In this document: positions 10,208 to 19,847 of the stretch, one piece after another
Layout: each line of letters begins with the position of its first letter
Numbering within the stretch: position 1 is the stretch's first letter
NCBI GenBank assembly: GCA_965116485.1
Contig: OZ220692.1
Span: 1,627,152 to 1,691,151, forward strand
DNA from: Acidimicrobiales bacterium
GTDB lineage: Bacteria > Actinomycetota > Acidimicrobiia > Acidimicrobiales > Aldehydirespiratoraceae
Direction of reading: 5' to 3'
DNA: 64,000 nucleotides
Program-made: the position numbers and the translations under genes
Notes under the pieces: generated by a model
What the model saw: the letters and a program-made list of their open reading frames with translations, nothing else
Told to the model about the DNA's origin: nothing
Databases searched by the model: none

Positions 10208-11407
10208 GTGACGGATAGCGTCTCAGATGTGACCAGATCTGTCGCCGTTCTCGGTTCGACTGGTTCGATCGGGACCCAGACGCTCGACATCATTCGCGCT
10301 GAGCCGGATCGTTACCACGTGGCCGCGCTCGGCGTCGCCACATCGGCGGCTGCGGTTCTGGAACAAGCCGCGGAGTTCCGGCCCGACGTTGTGGCGATCG
10401 CCGACAGCGCCTGCGCCGTCGAGATCCGCGGACGCCTCCCGTCGGGCACGGAACTGTTGGCCGGTCCTGACGCCATGGCCGCGGCGGCGACGTGTGCGGA
10501 AACGGTCATCAACGGTGTCGTCGGGTTCGCAGGATTGCCGGTCACGCTGGCAACGCTCGAGGCGGGGAAACGGCTGGGTTTGGCGAACAAGGAGTCGCTG
10601 ATCGCAGCAGGCCCGTTGGTGCAGCGGGCCTGGTCGACCGAGGGCGCGGAGCTTATACCGGTCGACAGCGAGCACTGCGCGGTTCACCAGTGTCTTCGCG
10701 CCAATGACGTTGCCGGGAAGGTCGAAGCGACCGACCGCGTGGCCCAGGTGGTGTTGACGGCCAGCGGCGGCCCGTTTCGGGGTCGAACCCGAAAGGAACT
10801 GGCCGGCGTCGACATCGAGGACGCGCTCTCTCATCCGACCTGGTCGATGGGGCCGAAAATCACAATCGATTCGAGCACTCTGATGAACAAGGGCCTCGAG
10901 GTCATCGAAGCCCATGAGTTGTTCGGCGTCGACTATGAACAGATCGAGGTCGTCATTCATCCTCAGTCGATCGTCCATTCGATGGTCAGCTACACCGATG
11001 GTGCGACCATGGCTCAGCTATCGCTGCCAGACATGCGGTTGTGCATCGGTTACGCCTTGGCGTATCCGGATCGATTGGCGGTGCCCTACGGCGCCATTGA
11101 CTGGGCCGATCTGCCGCGACTGGATTTTCATCCACCGGACCTGGACGCGTTTCGGTGTCTGGGCCTGGCTTATGAAGCGGGGCGGGCGGCCGAGACTGCC
11201 CCCGCATGGTTGAGCGCGGCCAATGAGGTCGCGGTGGATGCGTTTCTCGGTGGTTCAATCCCTTGGACCGGTATCGCGGAAGTGGTTGAAGGCGCGATGC
11301 AGCAGTGGCCGGGAACGGCCGCTACCGATGTCGATGCTGTGCTCGATGCCGACCGCGAGGCCCGCGAGGTCGCTCGCGGCGTGATCAAGGAACTGCCCGA
11401 TGGCTGA
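10208..11407 (+). CDS. dxr: 1-deoxy-D-xylulose-5-phosphate reductoisomerase
   Basis: VAVLGSTGSIGTQTLDI NADPH motif and LANKESLI ... SEHCA. A GTG start near 10208 is preferred over the track start at 10058. Confidence 0.9.
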   Translation: MTDSVSDVTRSVAVLGSTGSIGTQTLDIIRAEPDRYHVAALGVATSAAAVLEQAAEFRPDVVAIADSACAVEIRGRLPSGTELLAGPDAMAAAATCAETVINGVVGFAGLPVTLATLEAGKRLGLANKESLIAAGPLVQRAWSTEGAELIPVDSEHCAVHQCLRANDVAGKVEATDRVAQVVLTASGGPFRGRTRKELAGVDIEDALSHPTWSMGPKITIDSSTLMNKGLEVIEAHELFGVDYEQIEVVIHPQSIVHSMVSYTDGATMAQLSLPDMRLCIGYALAYPDRLAVPYGAIDWADLPRLDFHPPDLDAFRCLGLAYEAGRAAETAPAWLSAANEVAVDAFLGGSIPWTGIAEVVEGAMQQWPGTAATDVDAVLDADREAREVARGVIKELPDG

Positions 11408-12947
11408 TCGACCGTCCACTGCTCCTCGGTTGCCCTTGCCGGCACGCGGACGAACGGTGCCCGAAGGCTCAGGCGTGCCCCCCGAACTGGACGCTTCAAC
11501 TGATTTCATCGGGTTGGCGATGCTGCTCGCGGCGTTGGTCGCCCTCGGGGTTCTTGCCGGCTGGAGCTGGGTGTTCATCGTGGGGTTCATCGTGTTCATG
11601 ATCTTCATGCACGAGATGGGGCACTACGTGACCGCACGCTGGGCCGGCATGAAAGTCACCGAGTTCTTCATTGGGTTCGGTCCCCGGCTGTGGTCGATGC
11701 GCAGGGGCGAGACCACCTTCGGTGTGAAGGCGATTCCAGGGGGCGCCTATATCCGCATCATCGGGATGAACAATCTGGACCTCGTCGCGTCCGCTGATGA
11801 GCATCGCACCTATCGAGCCAAGTCGTTCCCGAAAAGACTGCTGGTTGTCAGTGCCGGTTCGGCCATGCACTTTCTGCTGGCTATCGCTTTGTTGTTCCTG
11901 GCCCTGTTTTTCTACGGCCTGCCGACCGACGATGCTCGTTGGTCGGTTTCAGCCGTCAGCGATCGCAGTGCCGCGGCTGATTTGGGGATCGAGCCCGGAG
12001 ATGAGATCGTCTCGGTCGACGGTGTCGAGATCACCGATTTTGCTCAGTTCGGAGAGGTGGTGACAGCCCGCGGCGGCCAGGAGGTCGACGTTGTGTACCA
12101 GCGTGGCGGCGAGACCTTGACCGGTACGGTGGTGCTGGGTTTCAGGCTGAGCGATGCGGGGGCGAACGGGATCGAAGGCCTTGTGCCGCGGGATCGAATC
12201 CTGGCTGTCGACGGGGTTGAAGTGTTCGGCTGGGATGAGGTCACAACTGCGGTCGGGGATCGCATCGGTGAGCCGCTGCAGTTCATCGTGGATCCTGCCG
12301 GAGGTTTTGAACTGCTTGTCGTCGACGAGGCGGTGGTGCTGGAGCTGCCTCCGGCGGAGGTCGCGACATCGGGTTTCTTCGGCGTCGGCCCCCAGCGCTA
12401 TCGGGAACCGACCGGGTTGTTGAACAGCGCCACCGAGGCCATCAGCGGGTTCGGCTCCTACACCAAGCTCATTCTGGTGGGAATGGGGGAGCTGGTTGCG
12501 GGCGGAGGTCTTCAGGACTTTGTCTCCGACACTCTGACAGGCGAGGTGGACAGCCCTGCCGAACAGGTGTCGTCCAACGTTGCCGCCGAGCGTGAGGTGG
12601 CAATCCGGTCTCTGGATGCGCGCGATCCGGATGAACAGCGAATCATCTCGATCTATGGCGCCGCCCGCCTAGGTACGCAGTTGACCGACGACGGATTCGA
12701 CTCCGTGCTGCTCTTTCTGGCCGGGCTAAACATCTCGATCGGCTTGATCAACCTGATCCCCCTTCCCCCGTTCGACGGCGGCCATGTGGCTGTGGCGATC
12801 TATGAACGGATTCGCTCGATCGGCGGGCGTCGCTACCAGATCGACTATGCCAAGCTGCTGCCGGTCGCCTACGGCGTGGTCGTGTTGCTTCTGGGCGTCG
12901 GTCTGCTCGCCGTGTTCCGCGACATCATCGACCCGATCAACATTTAG
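11400..12947 (+). CDS. Site-2 (M50) intramembrane zinc metalloprotease, RseP/Rip1-like
   Basis: HEMGHYVTARWAG (HExxH), central PDZ-like region, and C-terminal NLIPLPPFDGGH motif. Confidence 0.88.
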   Translation: MADRPSTAPRLPLPARGRTVPEGSGVPPELDASTDFIGLAMLLAALVALGVLAGWSWVFIVGFIVFMIFMHEMGHYVTARWAGMKVTEFFIGFGPRLWSMRRGETTFGVKAIPGGAYIRIIGMNNLDLVASADEHRTYRAKSFPKRLLVVSAGSAMHFLLAIALLFLALFFYGLPTDDARWSVSAVSDRSAAADLGIEPGDEIVSVDGVEITDFAQFGEVVTARGGQEVDVVYQRGGETLTGTVVLGFRLSDAGANGIEGLVPRDRILAVDGVEVFGWDEVTTAVGDRIGEPLQFIVDPAGGFELLVVDEAVVLELPPAEVATSGFFGVGPQRYREPTGLLNSATEAISGFGSYTKLILVGMGELVAGGGLQDFVSDTLTGEVDSPAEQVSSNVAAEREVAIRSLDARDPDEQRIISIYGAARLGTQLTDDGFDSVLLFLAGLNISIGLINLIPLPPFDGGHVAVAIYERIRSIGGRRYQIDYAKLLPVAYGVVVLLLGVGLLAVFRDIIDPINI

Positions 12948-12956
12948 GTTGCCGCG

Positions 12957-14363
12957 CTACGGCGTTGCCAGAGCGGATTCAATGTTCTTCTGCAGCGCGG
13001 TGACATGGCGGTCGGTGGTCCAAGTCGAACCGATCGACACTCTGATGAAAGCCCGACCGTTGATAGATGAACCCAACACGTAGACGCTGGGGTCGGAGTT
13101 GAGCGAGTCGAGCAGCCTCTGGGTTGCCTCGTCGCCGTCGACATGGGAGAAACAGACCAACGCGAAAGGGGTTGGAGCGATGACGGTCAACTCGGGTTGT
13201 TGTTCGACCCACTCGGCCAGACCGCGGGCCTGTCTCACATTGGCGCGGATTCGCTCGCGCAGGCCCTCGACCCCGAAACTGCGAAGCACCCACCACAGTT
13301 TGAGCGCCCGAAATCGTCTTCCGAGGGGCACATGCCAGTCTCGATAGTCGATCACCTCGCCGGCGTCGGTAGCGGCGTTGGCCAGGTAAGGGGGTGTGAT
13401 TGCTAGAGTGTTGATCAACGGCTTGCGGTCAGCCACCCAGAACACTGAACAGTCCAAGTTGGTTGCCAGCCATTTGTGGGGATTGAACGTGTAGCTGTCG
13501 ACCAGTTCGAGTCCGTCCTGATGGTGGCGGAACTCTTCGCAGATCATTGCTGCGCCGGCGTAGGCAGCATCGACATGGAACCACAGATTGTGCTGGGCAG
13601 CGATCTCTCCGATAGCCCGGACCGGGTCGACTGCGGTGGTTGCCGTGGTGCCGACTGACGCGCCCACGAACGCGGGCGACAGCCCCGAGGCGAGGTCGTC
13701 GGTGATTGTTCGGGCTAGCGCTTCGGGGCGTGCGGCGAAGCAGTCGTCGACGTCGATGAGACGGACTTGGCCGATGCCCGCCACCCGTGCGCCCTTCTCT
13801 ATCGAAGAGTGGGCTTGGGCTGAGGTGTAAGCGACCATTTTCTCCGCGGCCGCCCCGGTTCGGCTGCGGCAGACCTCGCGGGCCACCACGAGGGCGGTGT
13901 GGGTCGAGTCCGAAGCGCCCGACTGAATCACGCCTCCGCCCGGTCCGGTGGTCTTCCAGTGCTGTGGCGCATCGGTCAGGTCCACGAGCCAGTCCAGAAC
14001 GTGGGATTCGATTTCGGTGACAGCGGGCGAGGTGACCCACATCATCCCCTGCACGCCCAATGCGGCCGCCGCCATCTCCCCAAGAATCGAAGGCGGTGAC
14101 GACTGGGCCTGAAAGTAGGTGAACCATCCGGGGTGCTGCCATTGGGCCAGTCCCGGCACAACCACTTCGTCGAGGTCGCGCAGCAGAGCCTCGAACGGCT
14201 CGGCCGACTCGGGGGCCGAGTCGGGAAGCATGGCTCTCACCTCGCCCGGTGAGACCTGGGCCTGAACTGGTCGCTGCTCGAGGCTTGTGAGATAGTCGGT
14301 GACCCAGTCGACCAACGCATGCCCGTTGGCGCGGAACTCTTCGAGGTCGAGTGGGTCTGACAT
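12957..14363 (-). CDS. Group II pyridoxal-dependent (aromatic amino acid type) decarboxylase
   Basis: 468 aa with SGASDSTHTAL, HVDAAYAG and the NPHKW PLP-lysine motif. Confidence 0.85.
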   Translation of the reverse strand: MSDPLDLEEFRANGHALVDWVTDYLTSLEQRPVQAQVSPGEVRAMLPDSAPESAEPFEALLRDLDEVVVPGLAQWQHPGWFTYFQAQSSPPSILGEMAAAALGVQGMMWVTSPAVTEIESHVLDWLVDLTDAPQHWKTTGPGGGVIQSGASDSTHTALVVAREVCRSRTGAAAEKMVAYTSAQAHSSIEKGARVAGIGQVRLIDVDDCFAARPEALARTITDDLASGLSPAFVGASVGTTATTAVDPVRAIGEIAAQHNLWFHVDAAYAGAAMICEEFRHHQDGLELVDSYTFNPHKWLATNLDCSVFWVADRKPLINTLAITPPYLANAATDAGEVIDYRDWHVPLGRRFRALKLWWVLRSFGVEGLRERIRANVRQARGLAEWVEQQPELTVIAPTPFALVCFSHVDGDEATQRLLDSLNSDPSVYVLGSSINGRAFIRVSIGSTWTTDRHVTALQKNIESALATP

Positions 14364-14367
14364 CTTC

Positions 14368-14634
14368 TCAGCCCTGACCGTAGCGGGTGACGTCGCCTAC
14401 TTTTTGTTCGAAGAGGCCGAGAACCTCTCCGGGTTCGTCGTGGCGCCCCGTCTGGTCCTTGGAGTAGATGAGGTCGCCGTCGACTGTGACGTCGAACACT
14501 CCCTGGGTTCCGGTGGTCAGCGTCAGCTGTTCAATGACGTGCTGGTAGTTCGAGAGAAGGTCTTTTGCTGCGCTCACGGCGTAGCTCGAATAGTCTCAAG
14601 GCACGCAATATTTTATGTCAACGATGTGTCCCAT
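14368..14634 (-). CDS. SelW/Rdx-family redox protein, candidate selenoprotein (TGA at 14596-14598 read as Sec)
   Basis: The minus strand from ATG 14634 reads MGHIVDIKYCVP-TGA-DYSSYAVSAAKDLL...GVFDVTVDGDLIYSK. This gives a CxxU motif in the Rdx position. The track only shows the 69-aa part after the TGA. Confidence 0.6.
14567..14585 (-). promoter_or_regulatory. SECIS-like hairpin
   Basis: The RNA is GCUACGC-CGUGA-GCGCAGC: a 7-bp stem with one A.C mismatch and a GU-containing apical loop. It starts 10 nt after the UGA. Confidence 0.45.
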
Positions 14635-14651
14635 GGCGTTGAGGTTAGCGG

Positions 14652-14717
14652 GCGTTGCTTGTCGCCGGGCGCTGTGTTGTTGTCGGGCGTGGCTGGAGCC
14701 GCGGTGTGCGGGTCGGG
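14652..14717. repeat. GC-rich repeat element R1 (GCGTTGCTT.TCGCCGGGC units plus a GTGGCTGGAGCCGCGGT tail)
   Basis: It shares the unit and tail with the element at 15565-15665, in the same orientation. Confidence 0.7.
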
Positions 14718-14783
14718 TCAGCGCGGCGGGCGGGTAGGCTCTCGGTCTGAAATCTCAATCGAGCTTGAACTGGAGCAGATCCA

Positions 14784-15284
14784 ATGGCTGAAATCACCCT
14801 TGGCGGCAACCCCGTCAACACCAGCGGCGCACTTCCTGCAGTGGGCCGCGCAGCGCCTTCGTTCGTCCTCACCGGAGCCGATTTCAGCTCGGTTTCGCTG
14901 TCGGATTTTGCCGGGCAGAGAGTCGTGCTCAACGTCTTTCCCTCGATCGACACAAGTGTCTGCGCCACCAGTGTTCGTGCCTTCAATGAGCGAGCCGCGG
15001 GTCTCGACAACGCGACCGTGCTGTGTGTGTCAGCGGACCTTCCGCCGGCTGCTGGTCGTTTCTGCGGGGCTGAGGGAATTGAAGCCGTGAAGACTGGTTC
15101 GACCTTCAAGAACCCCGAAGTGTTGGACGACTACGGAGTGAGAATGCTCGACGGTCTGCTGGAGGGCCTTGCTGCCCGAGCGGTGGTGGTGATCGACGAA
15201 TCTGGCACCGTCGTCCACACTGAACTTGTTCCCGAGGTCGCGCAGGAGCCCGACTACGACGCCGCGTTGGCCGCGTTGGGCTAA
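14784..15284 (+). CDS. tpx: Thiol peroxidase (atypical 2-Cys peroxiredoxin)
   Basis: 166 aa with FPSIDTSVCATS (peroxidatic Cys) and FCGAEG (resolving Cys). Confidence 0.9.
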   Translation: MAEITLGGNPVNTSGALPAVGRAAPSFVLTGADFSSVSLSDFAGQRVVLNVFPSIDTSVCATSVRAFNERAAGLDNATVLCVSADLPPAAGRFCGAEGIEAVKTGSTFKNPEVLDDYGVRMLDGLLEGLAARAVVVIDESGTVVHTELVPEVAQEPDYDAALAALG

Positions 15285-15287
15285 CCG

Positions 15288-15592
15288 GTGCAGATCGACC
15301 TCGCCAGTCCTGCGAGCTTTGCAGACGGTCATCCGGTCGAGCAGTCCGACTGGTGGTTGACGTGACACGGGAGCCGAATCCCCATGTAGCCTTCGGCGCG
15401 GGCGGTCCCCACTACTGTTTGGGAAGTCATCTCGCGCGGATTGAGATCCATGCAATCCTGCGCGAGTCCTTGGGGCGGTGCCGTGACTTGGAGTTGGCCG
15501 GACCCGTTGAACGCCAACAGTCGTCTTTCATCTGCGGTTCTCGCCAAATGCCGGTGCGATTTGCGCGTTGCTTTCGCCGGGCGCGTTGCTAG
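15288..15592 (+). pseudogene. Cytochrome P450 remnant (N-terminal ~25 codons fused out of frame to the C-terminal ~75 codons)
   Basis: VQIDLASPASFADGHPVE resembles a P450 N-terminus. After a frame change comes AFGAGGPHYCLGSHLARIE, the heme-thiolate loop. About 100 of the ~400 expected codons remain. Confidence 0.7.
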
Positions 15593-15665
15593 CGCCGGTG
15601 CGTTGCTTTCGCCGGGCGCGTTGCTTTCGCCGGGCGTAGCCGGAGCCGCGGTCGGTGGTGTGTGG
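15565..15665. repeat. GC-rich repeat element R2 (4 x ~18 bp GCGTTGCTTTCGCCGGGC plus a GTAGCCGGAGCCGCGGT tail)
   Basis: Units start at 15565, 15583, 15600 and 15618. Same family as R1. Confidence 0.8.
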
Positions 15666-15679
15666 TCGGCTGGGATTCG

Positions 15680-16717
15680 CTAGAGCTGGCCGGTGCGGAG
15701 GATCTCGTCGCCGATCAGCAGCATCGAGTCGGCGGCAAGCCGGGCGTCGCTGTCGGCGGTGCCGTCCTGGTCTCCCATCGCGCCGGCCGCATAACGCACA
15801 CGCACCCCTTCGCTGATGGCGGCGAGTCGCCAGAACTGGAAGGCGACGTACCAGGGCAGATCGGAGACGTCCCGGTCGGAGTTCTGCCCGTAACGCTTGA
15901 GCATCTCCGAGCGTGACCCGAACCCGACAGCCTTGGTCGGCACATCATGCAGCCGACCTGTGGCGCGGGGATCGTCACCCCACCACATGGCCATGCTGGC
16001 CACATCGGCGAGCACATCGCCGAGGGTGCACAGTTCCCAGTCGAGGACCGCGGCGACGGTTCCGTCGTGGCCCATCATGGTGTTGTCCAAGCGGTAGTCG
16101 CCATGAACGATCCCGGCGCCCTGCTGGGGAGGGATGTTGTGAGTCAACCGCTGGTGCAGATCATCGAACAGCGGCATCATCCGATCCGAACCGTCGTCGA
16201 CTTGGCGTTTCCAGCGCCGAAGCTGTCGGGCGCAATAGTCTTCTGTGCGCCCGAGGTCGCCGAGACCGACAGCCGGCGGGTCGATGCGGTGCAACGCTGC
16301 GAGCGTGTCGGTGAGCGAGTTAGCCATCACCGGTCGCAGTTCAGGGTCCACGGCGTTGCCGTCGGCCTCATTGAAGATGATTGCCCCTTCAACGAAGTCC
16401 ATCACATAGAAGTCGGCGCCGTTGACGGATTCGTCGGTGCAGAGACCGATGGCATTCGGGACGGGCACATCGGTGTCGCGCAGCGCAGAAATGATGCGAT
16501 GCTCTCGGCCCATGTCGTGGGCGCGGGGCAGGATGTGGCCGGTCGGGGGGCGCCGCAGCACCAGCTTCGTGCCCGACTGATCGGTCACTTTGAACGTGAG
16601 GTTGGAGGCACCGCCGGTGATCAGCTCATAGTCGAGAGGGGCGACGAGGTCGGGCCTCCTAGCCAGCATCCATTGCGTCACCGCCTCCGCGTTGATTCCG
16701 GTCGGCGCGGGGTTCAT
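15680..16717 (-). CDS. APH-family phosphotransferase (acyl-CoA dehydrogenase-associated type)
   Basis: 345 aa with the HGDYRLDN catalytic loop and a DWE motif. Confidence 0.8.
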   Translation of the reverse strand: MNPAPTGINAEAVTQWMLARRPDLVAPLDYELITGGASNLTFKVTDQSGTKLVLRRPPTGHILPRAHDMGREHRIISALRDTDVPVPNAIGLCTDESVNGADFYVMDFVEGAIIFNEADGNAVDPELRPVMANSLTDTLAALHRIDPPAVGLGDLGRTEDYCARQLRRWKRQVDDGSDRMMPLFDDLHQRLTHNIPPQQGAGIVHGDYRLDNTMMGHDGTVAAVLDWELCTLGDVLADVASMAMWWGDDPRATGRLHDVPTKAVGFGSRSEMLKRYGQNSDRDVSDLPWYVAFQFWRLAAISEGVRVRYAAGAMGDQDGTADSDARLAADSMLLIGDEILRTGQL

Positions 16718-17604
16718 CGGGCGTTGGGAGCGAGCGCTTCGAGCAGCTTCCAGTCGGGTTCGCCGCGGTTGTCGTCGGTCGGCACAGCCTGGATGCAGAC
16801 GTGAGAGGCTCCGGCGTCGTAGTGGGCTTTGATGCGTGCGGAGATGTCGTCCACTGTGCCCCAGGCGACGACCGCATCCACGAAGCGTCCGGCACGGGAG
16901 TCGATCTCTTCATCGGTGAAGCCGAGGCGCAGCCAGTTGTTGCGATAGTTGGGCAGGGAGTCGTAGATCCGCAGCTGTTCATCGGCTTTGGCATGGGCCA
17001 GTTTCCGGTCGGTGGTCAGGATGCACTTCTGTTCCACGCACAGCAGAGCATCGGGCCCCATGACTTGCCGAGCTTGGGCGGTGTGGTCCGGCGTCGTCCA
17101 GTAGGGGTGGGCGCCGGCGGCCAGCTCAGCCGACAGAGCCAGCATCCTGGGACCGAGGGCGGCAAGCACGACCGGCGGGGGCTCAGTCTTGGGAGCGGGC
17201 ATGATCAACGCACCCTGCATCGCTTCAAGGTAGGTGCGCATCGTGGCGAGCGGCTTGTCGTAGGGGAGGTTGCGGAGCCCTTCGACCATCGGTGCGTGAG
17301 ACACTCCGATACCCAGCACGAAGCGCCCCCCCGAAAGCTCAGCAAGGTCGAGCCCCGCCTGTTGCATAGCCGCTGGATGACGCATATGGATGCTGGCGAT
17401 GCCGGTGGCGACAATCAGCCGCTGCGTGCCGAACAGCAGGGTGGCGGCGTTCACGAACGCGTTCTTGCCCATTGCCTCCCCGATCCACTGGGCGGAATAC
17501 CCGAGCGACTCGATCCGGGCGGCAGTCTCCTGGGCCTGCTGGGCTCCATGGGCATCGGTGAACTGCCATACACCGGGCACAGCCAGTTGTTCTTTGATCG
17601 ACAT
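16714..17604 (-). CDS. LLM-class (luciferase-like, probably F420-dependent) oxidoreductase
   Basis: MSIKEQLAVPGVWQF...GYSAQWIGEA...GRFVLGIGVSH. The internal ATG at 17604 is preferred over the track start at 17775. Confidence 0.75.
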   Translation of the reverse strand: MSIKEQLAVPGVWQFTDAHGAQQAQETAARIESLGYSAQWIGEAMGKNAFVNAATLLFGTQRLIVATGIASIHMRHPAAMQQAGLDLAELSGGRFVLGIGVSHAPMVEGLRNLPYDKPLATMRTYLEAMQGALIMPAPKTEPPPVVLAALGPRMLALSAELAAGAHPYWTTPDHTAQARQVMGPDALLCVEQKCILTTDRKLAHAKADEQLRIYDSLPNYRNNWLRLGFTDEEIDSRAGRFVDAVVAWGTVDDISARIKAHYDAGASHVCIQAVPTDDNRGEPDWKLLEALAPNAR

Positions 17605-17757
17605 GCCCTTACATTCGCAGGCCGATGCCCCATCCGCCAACCCTGAGACGACTCCGTCTGGGATTTGTCGGCGCGGGTTTTGGATGTCAAGCACCGCGGG
17701 TTCGGGTCTCGGTGAGGGTTGTGGCGGGTAGGTTGACTCTGGTTTGGCGAGATCGAG

Positions 17758-18567
17758 GTGAGTGCCGTGGAACAAGACCCCAATCGAGTCCTCATCGAGA
17801 CGGCGGCGCAGCAGCTGCGAACTGCGGTGCAGTCCGGCGTCCCGTGCTCACCGGTGCGCGAGATTCTCGGTACGGACAGCGACGTGGAGCTTGCCTACGC
17901 GGTCGCCCAGCACAACGTCAACCTTGACATCGCCGCTGGTCGCAGGGTCAGCGGGCGCAAGATTGGGCTGACCGGAGCTGCCATTCAGCAGCAGTTGGGA
18001 GTGTCGCAACCGGACTACGGCACTTTGTTCGCCGACATGTGCATAGCTGATGGCCTCGCCATTTCGGCGAGCAGGTTGATGCAACCACGCGCCGAAGCGG
18101 AGATCGCCTTCGTGCTTTCAGACGATCTCGACAAGGGGGAGCACTGCGCCCTCGACGTCATCGGTGCGACCGCCTACCTGCTGCCTGCGTTGGAAATTGT
18201 GGCAAGCCGTGTGGCCGAGTGGGACATCACAATCGTCGACACCATCGCAGACAATGCGAGTTGCGGTTTGTATGTGTTGGGTTCTCGCCCGGTCTCGCTG
18301 GGTTCGGCCAATGTGAGAGAAATCTCGATGACGATGGCTGTCAACGACGAGATCGCCACGACCGGACAGGGGTCGGCGTGCATGGGCAATCCCCTGCAAG
18401 CGGTGATCTGGCTGGCTGACACGATGTGCCGTGCAGGTACCCCGCTTCGCGCTGGTGACTGCCTGATGACTGGTTCGCTCGGGGCGATGGTGCCGATCTC
18501 GGCCGGTGACCGGATCGAAGCCGACATGGGACTGCTGGGAACTGTCTCGACGGTGCTTGTCACCTGA
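17758..18567 (+). CDS. 2-keto-4-pentenoate hydratase family (MhpD/HpcG-like)
   Basis: 269 aa with RKIGLTGAAIQQQLGVSQPDYGTLF, typical of this hydratase/decarboxylase family. Confidence 0.8.
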   Translation: MSAVEQDPNRVLIETAAQQLRTAVQSGVPCSPVREILGTDSDVELAYAVAQHNVNLDIAAGRRVSGRKIGLTGAAIQQQLGVSQPDYGTLFADMCIADGLAISASRLMQPRAEAEIAFVLSDDLDKGEHCALDVIGATAYLLPALEIVASRVAEWDITIVDTIADNASCGLYVLGSRPVSLGSANVREISMTMAVNDEIATTGQGSACMGNPLQAVIWLADTMCRAGTPLRAGDCLMTGSLGAMVPISAGDRIEADMGLLGTVSTVLVT

Positions 18568-18611
18568 TCGCGCTGATCGCCGGTGGCGACCGGTCAGAAC
18601 AGCTGCGTTCT

Positions 18612-19847
18612 CTAGCCGAAGGCGCCGGCGGTTCGCAGACCGGCGATCTCGGCGTCGGACTTGCCGAGCACGGAGGCCATGACATCGTCGGTATGTTCGC
18701 CGACAGTGGGGGCCATGGTCGGGCACGGCAGTGATTCACCATCGACGAACACGGGCAGCGGCAACTGCTCACATCCGAGGGCCTCGGTCGGGAGGAACCC
18801 CATACGGGCCTGAAACTGCGGGTCGTTGCCGATGTTGGCCGGGGTGTTCACCGGAGCGATCGTCGTGTTGTGCTCGTTGGCGAAGTCGAGCCACTCCTCA
18901 CTGCTGCGGGTTCGGAAGATCTGCTGGAGCTCACGCTGCAGTTCGGTGTTGCCTCGGGCGTGGTCGGCGTAGGTCGAGCCGGGCCAATGCTCGAACAGGT
19001 CCATGCGCTCGACTCCCTCGCAGAAGTTCCTCCAGAACGCCTGTTCAGAAGCCATGAAGAGGACGTGGCCGTCGCTCGATTCGTACATCTGGTAGCGGAC
19101 CCCCTCCCACATGCCTGCCAGGCCGGCAGGGCGGCGCACATAGTCGTCGGCGGGGTTGCCGGTGACTTCGTCCTCGGGGCGAAGGTACGCCCGCTCGGAC
19201 TCGATCCGGTACCAGTCCATGTATGCGGCTGCGTCGGATTGGGCCATCTCCATCGAGCAGCCCTCACCGGTCTCGCGCGCAGAGATGATCCCCGCGAGGA
19301 TTGCCATGGCAGCCACCATGGGACCGACGTTGATCCCGACATTGGGCATCGTCGGAGGTATCCGGGTGAAGCCCTCGTCGTCTATGACAGGCTGGACGAT
19401 GCCAGACCAGGTGTCGTACGCGATGCCGTGACTCGGCATGTCTCGATAGGGGCCGGTCGAGCCGTAACCCGAGAGGGTGGCGAAGACGATTTTGGGATTG
19501 ACCGCCTTGAGGTCCTCGTAGCCGAGTCCCAACCGGGCCAGCGTGCCGGGTCTCATGGCCTCCAACACCACATCCGCGGTGGCTGTGAGGTCGCGGTACA
19601 GCTGTTTGCCCTCGTCGGTCTTCAAATTGAGGGTCACGCTGCGTTTGCCGCGGTGCGTGTGCAGATGGAGCAGCGACACGCCGTTGATGATCGGCCAGGT
19701 CATCTGCCGTATGTAGTCCCCGGCGGGAGACTCGACTTTGATGACGTCTGCGCCGAGGTCCGCGAGGAAAGTGGCCACGTGTCCGGGCCCGAGAAGGCTC
19801 GACTCGATCACACGCACACCCGACAGCAGCCCTGATTTGTTCGACAT
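18612..19847 (-). CDS. Family III CoA-transferase (CaiB/BaiF)
   Basis: LSGVRVIESSLLGPGHVATFLADLGADVIKVE N-terminus. Confidence 0.85.
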   Translation of the reverse strand: MSNKSGLLSGVRVIESSLLGPGHVATFLADLGADVIKVESPAGDYIRQMTWPIINGVSLLHLHTHRGKRSVTLNLKTDEGKQLYRDLTATADVVLEAMRPGTLARLGLGYEDLKAVNPKIVFATLSGYGSTGPYRDMPSHGIAYDTWSGIVQPVIDDEGFTRIPPTMPNVGINVGPMVAAMAILAGIISARETGEGCSMEMAQSDAAAYMDWYRIESERAYLRPEDEVTGNPADDYVRRPAGLAGMWEGVRYQMYESSDGHVLFMASEQAFWRNFCEGVERMDLFEHWPGSTYADHARGNTELQRELQQIFRTRSSEEWLDFANEHNTTIAPVNTPANIGNDPQFQARMGFLPTEALGCEQLPLPVFVDGESLPCPTMAPTVGEHTDDVMASVLGKSDAEIAGLRTAGAFG

